A stretch of DNA of 64,000 nucleotides from Antedon mediterranea (Eukaryota; Animalia; Echinodermata): positions 17,980,001 through 18,044,000 of the forward strand of contig NC_092674.1 in the NCBI RefSeq assembly GCF_964355755.1, given 5' to 3'. A model generated the notes under the pieces. That model did no database searches. It had not been told where the DNA came from and saw only the letters and a program-made list of their open reading frames with translations. This document shows, piece by piece, positions 26,222-37,629 of this stretch. Made by a program: the position numbers and the translations under genes. Position 1 is the stretch's first letter, and every line of letters begins with the position of its first letter.

Positions 26222-27395
26222 AGTGTTCTATCCAATTGAAGTGTGCTATCCAATTGAAGTAGTGTGCTATTCATTTGGAATGATGTGCTACCCAATTGAA
26301 ATAGTGTGCTATCCATTTGGAATGATGTGCTACCCAATTGAAATAGTGTGTTATCCATTTGGAATGATGTGCTACCCAATTGAAATAGTGTGCTATCCAT
26401 TTGGAATGATGTGCTACCCAATTGAAATAGTGTGCTATCCATTTAGAATGATGTGCTACCCAATTGAAATAGTGTGCTCTCCATTTGGAATGATGTGCTA
26501 CCCAATTGAAATAGTGTGCTCTCCATTTGGAATGATGTGCTACCCAATTGAAATAGTGTGCTATCCATTTGGAATGATGTGCTATCCAATTGAAATAGTG
26601 TGCTATCCATTTGGAATGATGTGCTACCCAATTGAAATAGTGTGCTATCCATTTGGAATGATGTGCTACCCAATTGAAATAGTGTGCTATCCATTTGGAA
26701 TGATGTGCTCCCCAATTGAAATAGTGTGCTATCCATTTGGAATGATGTGCTACCCAATTGAAATAGTGTGCTATCCATTTGGAATGATGTGCTACCCAAT
26801 TGAAATAGTGTGCTATCCATTTGGAATGATGTGCTCCCCAATTGAAATAGTGTGCTATCCATTTGGAATGATGTGCTACGGTACCCAATTGAAATGGTGT
26901 GCTATCCAATTAAAGTGTGCTATCCAATTGAAATAGTGTGCTATCCAATTGAAGTGTGCTATCCAATTGAAATAGTGTGCTATCCGTTTGGAATGATGTG
27001 CTACCCAATTGAAATAGTGTGCTATCCATTTGGAATGATGTGCTACCCAATTGAAATAGTGTGCTATCCATTTGGAATGATGTGCTACCCAATTGAAATA
27101 GTGTGCTATCCATTTGGAATGATGTGCTACCCAATTGAAATAGTGTGCTATCCATTTGGAATGATGTGCTACCCAATTGAAATAGTGTGCTATCCATTTG
27201 GAACGATGTGCTACCCAATTGAAATAGTGTGCTATCCATTTGGAATGATGTGCTACCCAATTGAAATAGTGTACTATCCATTTGGAATGATGTGCTACCC
27301 AATTGAAATAGTGTGCTATCAATTTGGAATGATGTGCTATCCAATTGAAGTAGTTTGCTATCCGTTTGGAATGACGTGTGCTTTCCAATTGAAAT
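26222..27395. repeat. Higher-order tandem array: 42-bp unit made of two related 21-mers
   Basis: CCAATTGAAATAGTGTGCTAT + CCATTTGGAATGATGTGCTAC, roughly 25 units, with an irregular block at ~26880-26970. Confidence 0.95.
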
Positions 27396-29402
27396 TTGTG
27401 ATATCAGGGAGTTGTAATGATTATACATTTGGAATGAAAAAAAATGTGTTTTATTTGCATATTAAAATAACTTTTATTACTGTTTTGTTAGCTAACATTT
27501 AAGATTATTTGCATTCTTGGTGCTGTATATTTGTTTCTCTCTGTTGTTTAGACCTAGTTACTTTATAACGTATTCGCCATTGTAACTCAACAAGCACTCT
27601 TAATTATCCAGACTACTGTCCATTTTAGTTTTGATTACTTACTACCAAACATAATAACTTCATACAATTATTATTATGAAGATAACAAATGTTTACATGG
27701 TATCGTTGGAATTATCACTTTTTAAGCATCGTGATATAATATAAACATAATAACAACTATGATTTATTATTTTTAATTCAAGAATAAACTTTCTGTAGAT
27801 TAGTTCATTTCAAAGGTAAACTAGTTACATTATTCATGGTTGGAAGAAGTTTTATTACTGTATTTTATGTTTTTTAACCATTGGCTTATGGTTGAACAAC
27901 CTATGGTGCAACTTTACAAATTAAATATTGTTATTATTAGTACTGTGTCTATTGTAATATTTTTGTTTATAATGTATAGTCCTATACATATTAACACGAA
28001 ACGCACCATAAACATTTATTGAAAATAATCTTAATTAATAATCAAAAACTAAATTAATACGGCGCTTAGTGAAAGCGGTAAGCGTATTACAATGAATGAA
28101 GTATCGACTGGACTTAATATTGCTGCGCATAATACCCCTTTGTTTACAGGAAGGGTCTGTAATCTACATCAACAGCGTTATCAGTTGATTATGTAATCAA
28201 AGCAGTGGTGCCGAGGGTTTAACATTAATACATTAGAAATTATTAGAGAGAAAAGCTCCTAATGTATAAACATGCGAATTAATAGCCGTCATCACTACTG
28301 CGCGTGTTTTAGCAAATTATAAAGGGTATGAAAACCGCATTAAATATGTTTTAAAATTAACAATTAAAACAACATTGTATCGTAACCTACTATGCTATAG
28401 GCATACGAAAATTTGTTTTATCAAGAGTAAAAGCATTTATACTTTTACAGGATTTTGCAGAAGTGACAAATGTCGTGACCAGCAAAGCGTAAAAAACAAA
28501 ATAACATACTGTTTAAATCCAAGGAGTTTTCGAACACCCATGTTAATAAAGTGTATGGATACCGTACAGGCCTACACTTAAACAACAAGTGTTAGATTAA
28601 ATTAGTTTCAACGCGATATTTGTAATAAAAAATGTATAGGCCTAAGCCTAATTTTTCTGAAATATTTTTTTAACACCCATCAATAGTTAAATAGTATGCA
28701 CTTCATTTTAAAGTCGAAAGAACCAAGTCACCGACTAGCATGTTTACGATTGGATGTACTGCTACATTATTCCCAACCAAGACCCGCCTCAGTTGTCAAT
28801 CTTAAATATTTTACGACGTACCCCAAGGATAAGATAAGTAAAAACAAACAAGGTTCTGCCTTAAGCACCAAACCTTAAAGCTAACGGTTAGCCAGGCTTC
28901 GACTGGTAATGTGTTGGTGCGGTCTGTAGGCTTTAGGCAAGAATGACTATAGAAATGCTAATTGATTATTCATTGGCTTTCCAATATTCACTCAGAAAAT
29001 TTTGTAAGCAATCAAAGTAGCCATGTGATGTAATTTCGACCAATCACGTTTTGCTATTTATGCTATACTATGTAAGAAACATCATAAAGATGAAGGAAAT
29101 GCTGAAGTTGCTATTTATGCTATACTATGTAAGAAACATCATAAAGATGAAGGAAATGCTGATGTTGAAGTTCTACACGGCTATGAGAAGGAACTCCATG
29201 GGAAGTAATTGCGCATGCGTCAACCAGTAGTTTACACTTCGTGCAAAAGACAAGACGAACAGAAAGATACAGTAGTGTCTCAAAAACAATCCGAAAATTG
29301 ACCAAAGTTTAGTTCTTTCATCTGTCACGTGAGTGTATAAATAAAGTATATTTACTCTAGAGTACTGTAGTAATTCTATTAAGGATGGGAGCTAATATTG
29401 AT

Positions 29403-30123
29403 TGTTAGTGCCACTTTGACCCTTTAAGTCAAAGGTCAATAGTACAAAGAATCTTTAAAGTATCTAATTTCATCTACATCTCATATGCTAACTGAGAAAC
29501 TTCATGGATAGACAAACCTTTAATAGTGGACAAAATCATCAAATTTAAGATAGCACAACGTCTTGTAAGTACCCATAGTGTTATGAGTTATAAGTTTATA
29601 TTTAGTAGTTTAGTTTGAAATAGTTTGTAGGATGATAATACTTTTACATGATTTGAAATAGGCAAATATTAATGTTACTGTATCTAGTATATAGGCTACT
29701 GTTTTACATTGCTACACAACCTTGAGTGCATAGCCTGCTGTAACAACCTTGAGTGCATAGCCTGCTGTAATAAGATATACCAAGGGAATCTTTGTTTTAG
29801 ATCTGTGGTCAAGTATTTGTATGCTATCTATAGTACCACAGTATTCACATTTTATATGAAATTATATAATGCTTTGATTTAATAGTATAATTTGTAGTTT
29901 GATGTTACTATAGCTTACTACAGTAGATAATTATAGATAGTTTATTATAAACATTTGTAGTTACACGTTTTTTATATCCTTTGTTTGTAGTCAATCGTGA
30001 TACTTTATGGGATTTGGAATCTGATTATATTGAGGAACAGAATAAACTTAAATCACGCATTGAAACCGTTGGCTTTATATTGTATGGTGTATTTTGAAGT
30101 TTGTTTAAATATTGGAGCCAACA
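29403..30123 (+). repeat. BEL 5' LTR
   Basis: TGTTAGTGCC..GGAGCCAACA; matches 35977-36697 with no difference seen by eye. Confidence 0.95.
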
Positions 30124-30185
30124 TCATTGAAAGACGATACAATTTTGAACTTATCCAACTTATCGAAAGTTAATCATAGGACGCG

Positions 30186-33100
30186 ATGGACTATGGAAGG
30201 CCCGCAGTTGGCGAAGGTCAGCAATATAACAGCATGTTCTCTGAAAATGCAACCTCGCATGTAGCTATGGAGCTACAAAGTATGGGCGGCCAAGAAAACC
30301 AAAATCAGAACCCATGGAGTATAAATAATAGAATTCATAGTATGAGAAAGGAGACGGATGTCCATCCCGAAGATAGCATATCGCAGACAGGATCACGAGT
30401 AAGTCGTGTGTCAGCAGCATCGAGCAATCGAGTGAAAGAGTCAGCAAATTTAGCCGGACTTTTAGCAAAACAGGAGGCACTCAAAAGAAAACGCGAACTG
30501 CAACAAAAGGCATTAGCCCTACAATTGGAAATGGAAGAACTTGCGTTAAAAACTCAGATTGAGATCTCTAGTGCTCGGGAACGAATTTATACAGAAGCAG
30601 AGATCGCCGAAATTAAAGAATTAGAAAATGAATGCGGGATCGGCGAAACAAATGTAAATACAGACGGTTATGAACAACCAGATAATGAACAGTTGCAGAA
30701 CGTGCCAGTGATGTTACCCCAAGTGAGTAACAACAATAATAATCATCAAGGAAACATTCCGGACGAGAGAATATATACTCATGATATTGTTAATGGACCT
30801 CCTGAGTTTCAACACCCTGTAGGGACAAACCCATATGCACCAACATATGCACCAATATATGCACCAACATATGATCCACTACCACATCAAGCTCTATACG
30901 AGATCATCAATCAGATGACTGCATCTCAGCAAACGCAACAGCAACTAACCCAGTTAATAGTTGATCAGCAACAAAGAAATCTCTTGCCACCTACCAATAT
31001 CCCCAAGTTCAAAGGTAATCTGGTAGAGTTTCGGTCCTTTGTGAAGGCCTTTGAGAGTAGGGTTTCTACCCGTACTCAGCGCACAAGTGAGAAATTGCAT
31101 TACCTAGAACAATATACAATGGGAGATGCAAACTCCCTAGTTCGAAGCTGTATGCACCTAGACGCCGAAACTGGGTACAAAGAGGCTTGGCGTTTATTAA
31201 AGGAGAAATACGGAAATGAGTATAAAATTACTCAGGAATACATTGAGCAACTTACAAACTGGAACATCATCAAACCAGATGACGTTGAAGGACTGGAAAA
31301 GTTTTCAATATATTTAACCACATGTAAAAATGCAATGGATGATTTAAAATCAATGAGGGAAATGGAGCACCCCAAGAATCTGCAAACCATCGTGAGAAAG
31401 CTCCCATATTACATTCAAGACAGATGGAGTCGAAAATCGCTTGAGATACGAGACAAACATAACCAAATAACCTTCGCAAATCTCGTCAACTTTATCACAC
31501 AAGAGGTTAGAGTGGCTACTGATCCGGTTTTCGGAAGACAGACAAAACGAGATAAAGTAAAACCTGAAACAAAACCAGATCGAAAACACACACAATCCTT
31601 TGCCGTTGATGTGAAGGAAACAGCAGGGCGACGACCGATAAGTGCTCATTGCAATCCTTGCTTGTTCTGCAAAGGTGATCATACCATGGAATTTTGCCGT
31701 GCCTTGCAGAAGAAAACTCACAGTGAAAAGATAGCTTTCCTTATGTCTATGGGTCTCTGTTTTAAGTGCCTGATACCCGGCCATAGAAGCAGTGATTGCA
31801 AAAGAAAGATTGTATGCGAAACGTGCAATAAGGAACATGCAACTATCCTACATCGTGAAGAAAACCCACAAACCACTCAATCCATCTCCGAAAAGGATGC
31901 CTCTGTTGCTCACGAGCCAAATTCAACTCAAACTGGTCAACAGCCAAACAGAGTGGCCAATGGAGCCATAGGGGCCGGCAGCAACCTGCGAAGCTGCATG
32001 GCTATCATACCTGTACTGGTACGGGCAAACACATCTGGAAAGACCATTAAGACATATGCATTTTTGGATAATGGAAGCTCAGCTACATTTTGTACTGAGA
32101 GTCTTATGGAGCAGCTGAGCGCAGAAAAAAGACAAACTCGGTTAATACTCTCGACTATAAATCACAGGGATCAGCCAGTTAATAGTCACATTGTATCATC
32201 GCTGGAAGTTAGCAACCTCGTGGGTGGTACTCCTATAAAGTTACCAAGGTTGTACACCGTAAAGGAGATTCCAGTAACAAAGGAAGAAATACCCTTGCAG
32301 AAAGATATTAGAACCTGGCCATATTTACAAGACCTTAAGATCCCAGAATTGGACGCTGAAATTGGACTTCTTATAGGAAATGATGTTCCGAAAGCGATGG
32401 AACCCTGGGAAGTGATAAATAGTCAAGGTGATGGTCCTTACGCAACCAAAACCCGCCTTGGCTGGGCTATAAACGGACCAATAAGACGTTCAGAACTGAC
32501 AAACGACGAACGTGTCAATCGCATTGCTGTGAAGTCAAATCTTGAAGAGCAATTTCAAATCTATGCCAATCAAGATTTCAACGAACGAAGCTACGGAGAG
32601 AAATTGTCCCACTCACGAGAAGACAAAGAGTTTATGCGTAAGGTAGATGGCAGTGCTTCCTTGATCGATGGTCATTATCAAATTGGTTTGCCTCTGAAGG
32701 ACCACGTTCTTATGCCGAATAACCGAGCTCAAGCACAACAACGAGCAAGTCAGCTCAAGAGAAAATTTGATAAGTCCCAAACCTTTTATGAAGACTATAA
32801 ACGTTTTATAACCAAAGTTATTGAAGCTGGTTATGCAGAAAGAGTGAAGGACAATATTATCCGTAACGATGGTATGGTGTGGTATCTACCACATCATGGG
32901 ATCTACCACCCAAATAAACCTGGAAAAATACGCGTAGTGTTTGACTGCGCTGCCCGTTATCATGGTACTTCGCTCAACGATCAACTACTGCAAGGACCAG
33001 ACCTAACCAATTCTTTAGTAGGTGTACTCCTGAGGTTCCGTGAAGAGCAAGTCGCTATTACTGGTGACATAGAGTCTATGTTCCACCAAGTTAGAGTGCC

Positions 33101-35888
33101 GAATGAGCATAGAGATTTATTAAGATTCCTGTGGTGGACAAATGGAGATCTTACTAAAGAACCGGAGGAGTACAGAATGGCTGTTCATTTGTTCGGGGCA
33201 AAATCATCACCAAGTTGTGCCAATTACGCTCTGCTGAAGACGGCCAAAGACAACATGGTTGACGCTGAAGTAGCAGAGTCTGTAGAGAAAAACTTCTACG
33301 TTGACGACTACCTCAAATCAGTTGCTACAGAAGAAAAAGCGATTGCTATGATAAAGGAAGTGCGATCACTTTGCGCTCAAGGGGGGTTCAATATTACCAA
33401 GTGGAGCAGCAACCGACGTAATGTCATATCATCGATACCTGAAACAGATCGTGCCAAGGAATTAAGTGGTCTCGACTTAGACCGAGATGCCCTTCCGATA
33501 GAACGTGTACTCGGAGTTCACTGGATGATAGACACGGACAGTTTCAGCTTTAAGGTAGCTGCCAGAGAAAAACCTGTATCCAGACGAGGAATACTGTCAA
33601 GCGTTTCTTCTGTATATGACCCTCTTGGCTTCGCGGCACCATTCGTCCTTCCTGCAAAAAACTTGTTGCAGGATCTATGCAGACTGAATCTTGGATGGGA
33701 TGAAGAGATACCAACGTCTATTAGGGACCGCTGGTCGGTATGGAAAAGTGACCTTGCGAAACTTGAAAAGCTTTCGGTTTATCGTTGTTACAAGCCAACC
33801 AACTTTGGAATGGTAAAACATTCACAAATTCACCATTTCGCAGATGCCAGCGAAGGAGGTTATGGTTCTGTTGCCTACCTTCGGTCAGTTAACCAATCTG
33901 GTGATATTCATTGCAGTTTCCTAATGGGTAAAGCAAGAGTAACCCCTTTGAAGAATGTTACAATTCCCAGACTTGAATTGAATGCTGCCACAGTAGCTGT
34001 AAGACTTGATGCACTTCTAAAAGAAGAATTACAAATTGAAGTTGAGCCAAGCGTCTTTTGGACAGATAGTACTGCGGTCCTCGGTTACATAAACAATACC
34101 ACAGCTAGATATCAAACATTTGTAGCTAATCGTCTTGCTACCATTCATGAACGATCAGTACCATCACAATGGAAATATGTACCTACCGACTTGAATCCGG
34201 CTGATGATGCCTCCAGAGGTCAGACCGCTGAGGAATTCTTAAATTCTAAACGATGGATTAATGGGCCAGATTTCCTGTGGACCATTGAAGAAAATTGGCC
34301 AAAAGACAGAGTTTTGCTTGAACTAAAGGATAATGATCCAGAGGTGAAGACACCAATCTTAGCGAATGTTATTCTAACAAAAGAAGCAGAAGGTACCATT
34401 AATCAACTAATTAACACATTTTCCGACTGGACCAAGTTAACGAAAGCTGTTGCTTGGTTGCTAAGATGTAAACGAGTCCTACACGCAAAGATAAAGAACG
34501 AAACAGCAAGAGCTGTTCTTGAGCCTCTAGATTTAGCCGAAATCGAGGAGGCTGAAAAGGAAGTGTTAATATTTGTTCAAAGAAGTGCGTTTAAAGAAGA
34601 GATTGAGCATTTAAACACTAATGCGACCAAACCAATAAAGAGAAAGAGCCCAATAACCAAGTTAGACCCGAAATTATCCGACGGGCTACTAAGAGTCGGA
34701 GGGAGGTTATGTAGAGCTAGCATGCCAGAAGAAAGCAAGCAGCCCATCATCCTACCAAACAAATCACACGTGTCTGAAATAATCATTCGCCATTTGCATG
34801 CCGTAGTAGGACACAGTGGTAGAAATCACGTCATTTCGAAACTGCGACAGAAATATTGGGTCATCAATGCAAACTCAGCCGTTCGCAAAATTATAAGTAA
34901 ATGTGTTATCTGCCGGAAATTACGAGGTAAAACATGTGAACAAAAGATGGCTGACTTACCAGTCGATCGCATCACACCCGATGAACCTCCGTTTACTCGA
35001 GTCGGCACAGATTACTTTGGACCCTTTGAGGTTAAACGGGGACGATCCTTAGAGAAGCGCTACGGTGTTATCTTCACATGTCTGGCAACTCGCGCTATAC
35101 ACATCGAAGTGGCACATTCTATGGACACTGACTCTTGCATCAACGCTCTCCGTAGATTTGTTGCAAGAAGAGGTCAAGTGAAACAAATTCGTTCCGACAA
35201 TGGCACCAACTTCGTCGGAGCTAACAAGTGCTTAAAGGAAGCTATAGCTGAATGGAACCAAAACAAAATTCACAATGCAATGCTGCAAAGGTGTATAAAT
35301 TGGTCATTTAACGCCCCAGGAGCTTCACACCACGGCGGAATATGGGAACGACTGATTCGCTCCATAAGAAACATCCTATCTTCACTGCTGAAGGAGCAGA
35401 ACATTAATGATGAATGTTTGCATACTTATTTGTGTGAAGTAGAGGCTATTATAAATAGCAGACCATTAACATCCGTCTCAGGTGAACATAATGATCTGGA
35501 ACCTCTCACGCCAAATCATCTACTCCTACTTAACAAGAAAACAAGTTTACCTCCAGGAATATTCGAAAAGAACGACATCTATGCTCGTCGCCGTTGGAAG
35601 CAAGCTCAGTACATGGCAGACGTGTTTTGGAGAAGATGGCTGAAAGAGTATTTGCCAGCCTTACAAGAGAGACAGAAATGGATGAGATCAAAGAGAAATG
35701 TTGAACCTGGTGATGTCGTACTTGTAGTCGACAATGCAGCACCTAGGAATGTATGGCTATTAGGAAAGATAACGAAAGTTAAACCAGACAGCAACGGAGT
35801 AGTTAGAATCGTTGAAGTACAGACAAAGAATTCTGTATTGGAACGTCCAATATCGAAATTAGTAATTTTATTGGAAAATGATAACTAG
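30186..35888 (+). CDS. BEL/Pao Gag-Pol polyprotein
   Basis: Three Cys/His knuckles (CLFCKGDH, CFKCLIPGH, CETCNKEH), protease FLDNGS, RT RVVFDCAA..FYVDD, RNase H FADAS/FWTDS, integrase HAVVGH..CVIC, DYFGP and SDNGTNF. Confidence 0.97.
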   Translation: MDYGRPAVGEGQQYNSMFSENATSHVAMELQSMGGQENQNQNPWSINNRIHSMRKETDVHPEDSISQTGSRVSRVSAASSNRVKESANLAGLLAKQEALKRKRELQQKALALQLEMEELALKTQIEISSARERIYTEAEIAEIKELENECGIGETNVNTDGYEQPDNEQLQNVPVMLPQVSNNNNNHQGNIPDERIYTHDIVNGPPEFQHPVGTNPYAPTYAPIYAPTYDPLPHQALYEIINQMTASQQTQQQLTQLIVDQQQRNLLPPTNIPKFKGNLVEFRSFVKAFESRVSTRTQRTSEKLHYLEQYTMGDANSLVRSCMHLDAETGYKEAWRLLKEKYGNEYKITQEYIEQLTNWNIIKPDDVEGLEKFSIYLTTCKNAMDDLKSMREMEHPKNLQTIVRKLPYYIQDRWSRKSLEIRDKHNQITFANLVNFITQEVRVATDPVFGRQTKRDKVKPETKPDRKHTQSFAVDVKETAGRRPISAHCNPCLFCKGDHTMEFCRALQKKTHSEKIAFLMSMGLCFKCLIPGHRSSDCKRKIVCETCNKEHATILHREENPQTTQSISEKDASVAHEPNSTQTGQQPNRVANGAIGAGSNLRSCMAIIPVLVRANTSGKTIKTYAFLDNGSSATFCTESLMEQLSAEKRQTRLILSTINHRDQPVNSHIVSSLEVSNLVGGTPIKLPRLYTVKEIPVTKEEIPLQKDIRTWPYLQDLKIPELDAEIGLLIGNDVPKAMEPWEVINSQGDGPYATKTRLGWAINGPIRRSELTNDERVNRIAVKSNLEEQFQIYANQDFNERSYGEKLSHSREDKEFMRKVDGSASLIDGHYQIGLPLKDHVLMPNNRAQAQQRASQLKRKFDKSQTFYEDYKRFITKVIEAGYAERVKDNIIRNDGMVWYLPHHGIYHPNKPGKIRVVFDCAARYHGTSLNDQLLQGPDLTNSLVGVLLRFREEQVAITGDIESMFHQVRVPNEHRDLLRFLWWTNGDLTKEPEEYRMAVHLFGAKSSPSCANYALLKTAKDNMVDAEVAESVEKNFYVDDYLKSVATEEKAIAMIKEVRSLCAQGGFNITKWSSNRRNVISSIPETDRAKELSGLDLDRDALPIERVLGVHWMIDTDSFSFKVAAREKPVSRRGILSSVSSVYDPLGFAAPFVLPAKNLLQDLCRLNLGWDEEIPTSIRDRWSVWKSDLAKLEKLSVYRCYKPTNFGMVKHSQIHHFADASEGGYGSVAYLRSVNQSGDIHCSFLMGKARVTPLKNVTIPRLELNAATVAVRLDALLKEELQIEVEPSVFWTDSTAVLGYINNTTARYQTFVANRLATIHERSVPSQWKYVPTDLNPADDASRGQTAEEFLNSKRWINGPDFLWTIEENWPKDRVLLELKDNDPEVKTPILANVILTKEAEGTINQLINTFSDWTKLTKAVAWLLRCKRVLHAKIKNETARAVLEPLDLAEIEEAEKEVLIFVQRSAFKEEIEHLNTNATKPIKRKSPITKLDPKLSDGLLRVGGRLCRASMPEESKQPIILPNKSHVSEIIIRHLHAVVGHSGRNHVISKLRQKYWVINANSAVRKIISKCVICRKLRGKTCEQKMADLPVDRITPDEPPFTRVGTDYFGPFEVKRGRSLEKRYGVIFTCLATRAIHIEVAHSMDTDSCINALRRFVARRGQVKQIRSDNGTNFVGANKCLKEAIAEWNQNKIHNAMLQRCINWSFNAPGASHHGGIWERLIRSIRNILSSLLKEQNINDECLHTYLCEVEAIINSRPLTSVSGEHNDLEPLTPNHLLLLNKKTSLPPGIFEKNDIYARRRWKQAQYMADVFWRRWLKEYLPALQERQKWMRSKRNVEPGDVVLVVDNAAPRNVWLLGKITKVKPDSNGVVRIVEVQTKNSVLERPISKLVILLENDN

Positions 35889-35976
35889 AAGGAGTTGCAT
35901 TACCATTTAGATTTAGTGTGGCGTTTCGTATTTTAAGCTTTTAGATAATTGTTATTAGACAATTAAGGGGCCGGGA

Positions 35977-36697
35977 TGTTAGTGCCACTTTGACCCTTTA
36001 AGTCAAAGGTCAATAGTACAAAGAATCTTTAAAGTATCTAATTTCATCTACATCTCATATGCTAACTGAGAAACTTCATGGATAGACAAACCTTTAATAG
36101 TGGACAAAATCATCAAATTTAAGATAGCACAACGTCTTGTAAGTACCCATAGTGTTATGAGTTATAAGTTTATATTTAGTAGTTTAGTTTGAAATAGTTT
36201 GTAGGATGATAATACTTTTACATGATTTGAAATAGGCAAATATTAATGTTACTGTATCTAGTATATAGGCTACTGTTTTACATTGCTACACAACCTTGAG
36301 TGCATAGCCTGCTGTAACAACCTTGAGTGCATAGCCTGCTGTAATAAGATATACCAAGGGAATCTTTGTTTTAGATCTGTGGTCAAGTATTTGTATGCTA
36401 TCTATAGTACCACAGTATTCACATTTTATATGAAATTATATAATGCTTTGATTTAATAGTATAATTTGTAGTTTGATGTTACTATAGCTTACTACAGTAG
36501 ATAATTATAGATAGTTTATTATAAACATTTGTAGTTACACGTTTTTTATATCCTTTGTTTGTAGTCAATCGTGATACTTTATGGGATTTGGAATCTGATT
36601 ATATTGAGGAACAGAATAAACTTAAATCACGCATTGAAACCGTTGGCTTTATATTGTATGGTGTATTTTGAAGTTTGTTTAAATATTGGAGCCAACA
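35977..36697 (+). repeat. BEL 3' LTR
   Basis: Direct copy of the 5' LTR, preceded by the PPT. Confidence 0.95.
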
Positions 36698-36702
36698 TTG
36701 AT

Positions 36703-37345
36703 AATACAAATTGTAACGATTCAGCGGCATCACCTACCATGTGCGATGTTACGCCCGTCAAATAGCCTCCGGGCCTAGAAACAGTTTTATTTGGTATGCA
36801 TGAATCAATGCTCAGAACAAACCAGCTTCTCTTACAGATGCAAAGTTCAGGTCACACAAATAAGGTTGCAGTCAAACCTACAGGCCTAGGGTTAGCTGCA
36901 GAGACAGCACAAATTTTGGCCGCAGGGTCAGCATTCAGGCCTAAAGAAAAGGTGGTTGGGCAGTGACCTTGTTGACTCAGATAAAGAAGAGGGTATGGAG
37001 GAATTATTAGAGCAATTAAATGCCAACCTCCAGCCCTCTAATGCTCATGGCCTGGCAGTATCAGAGAAGAGGCCAAGATTATAAATGAAAATTTTCACCT
37101 GATTTGAGTTTCGAAAAAAGAAAAGAAATTTGGAGAATCACAGAATTCCCACAAATTATTGTGATCTAGTTGTCTCAAGGGTAATTGCACAAACTTGGGA
37201 GAAATTACAAAATAACAGTAGAAAGAGAGATTTACAAGTGTCTACTTAACAAGATAATATAACACATATATAGCCCGGCACACTAGCCCAAAGCATGGAC
37301 CAGCTACTTAAAGGGAAACAGAATAATACAAAGCTGGATCCTAAG
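36703..37345 (+). mobile_element. DIRS-like gag remnant, probably interrupted by the BEL element
   Basis: ENHRIPTNYCDLVVSRVIAQTWEKLQNNSRKRDLQV resembles recalled DIRS gag ..RPENC..L..P.VN.EIW..L....R.RDL; heavily degraded. Confidence 0.4.
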
Positions 37346-37629
37346 GCTATTGCATTGCATCTACAGTATTTTAGTTTTAGTCAACTTACAGTGTGTGTAT
37401 ATATGCGATATAATAATAATAATAATGAATGCATAAATTATTTCATACTTTTGTTCTTATCAACTTACATCACATAGCTATAGTCTAACATTCTCATAAT
37501 ATAAAAGGAATAATTGTGATTGTGATGAACAATCTTGAGTTTAAAAAGTTATAAACACTAGACCTTCAATTTTTGACATTTTGTAAAAATAATGCATACT
37601 GTATAAAACATTAAACCATGTCATTTCTT

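Larger units (their letters stand above)
20236..28911 (+). mobile_element. Unclassified TIR DNA transposon encoding a RAG1/Transib-like transposase-BRCT-HMG fusion
   Basis: ~35-bp TIRs CATTACCAGTC(T/G)AAGCCTGGCTAACCGTTAGCTTT at 20236 and, inverted, ending at 28911. They enclose a spliced gene and a tandem array. No unambiguous TSD. Confidence 0.75.
29403..36697 (+). mobile_element. Full-length BEL/Pao LTR retrotransposon, apparently intact
   Basis: 721-bp TG..CA LTRs, 5-bp TSD TTGAT (29398-29402, 36698-36702), PPT AAGGGGCCGGGA (35965-35976) and a single 1900-aa ORF. Confidence 0.97.

Noticed and set aside
26203-27502. Long Cys/His/Trp-rich repetitive ORFs on both strands; CRISPR-like look
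   Set aside because: They are by-products of a 42-bp tandem unit without stops in several frames. There are no unique spacers and no cas genes, and the context is eukaryotic.
31270-35794. Antisense ORFs within the BEL polyprotein
   Set aside because: They are short shadow frames with no motifs.
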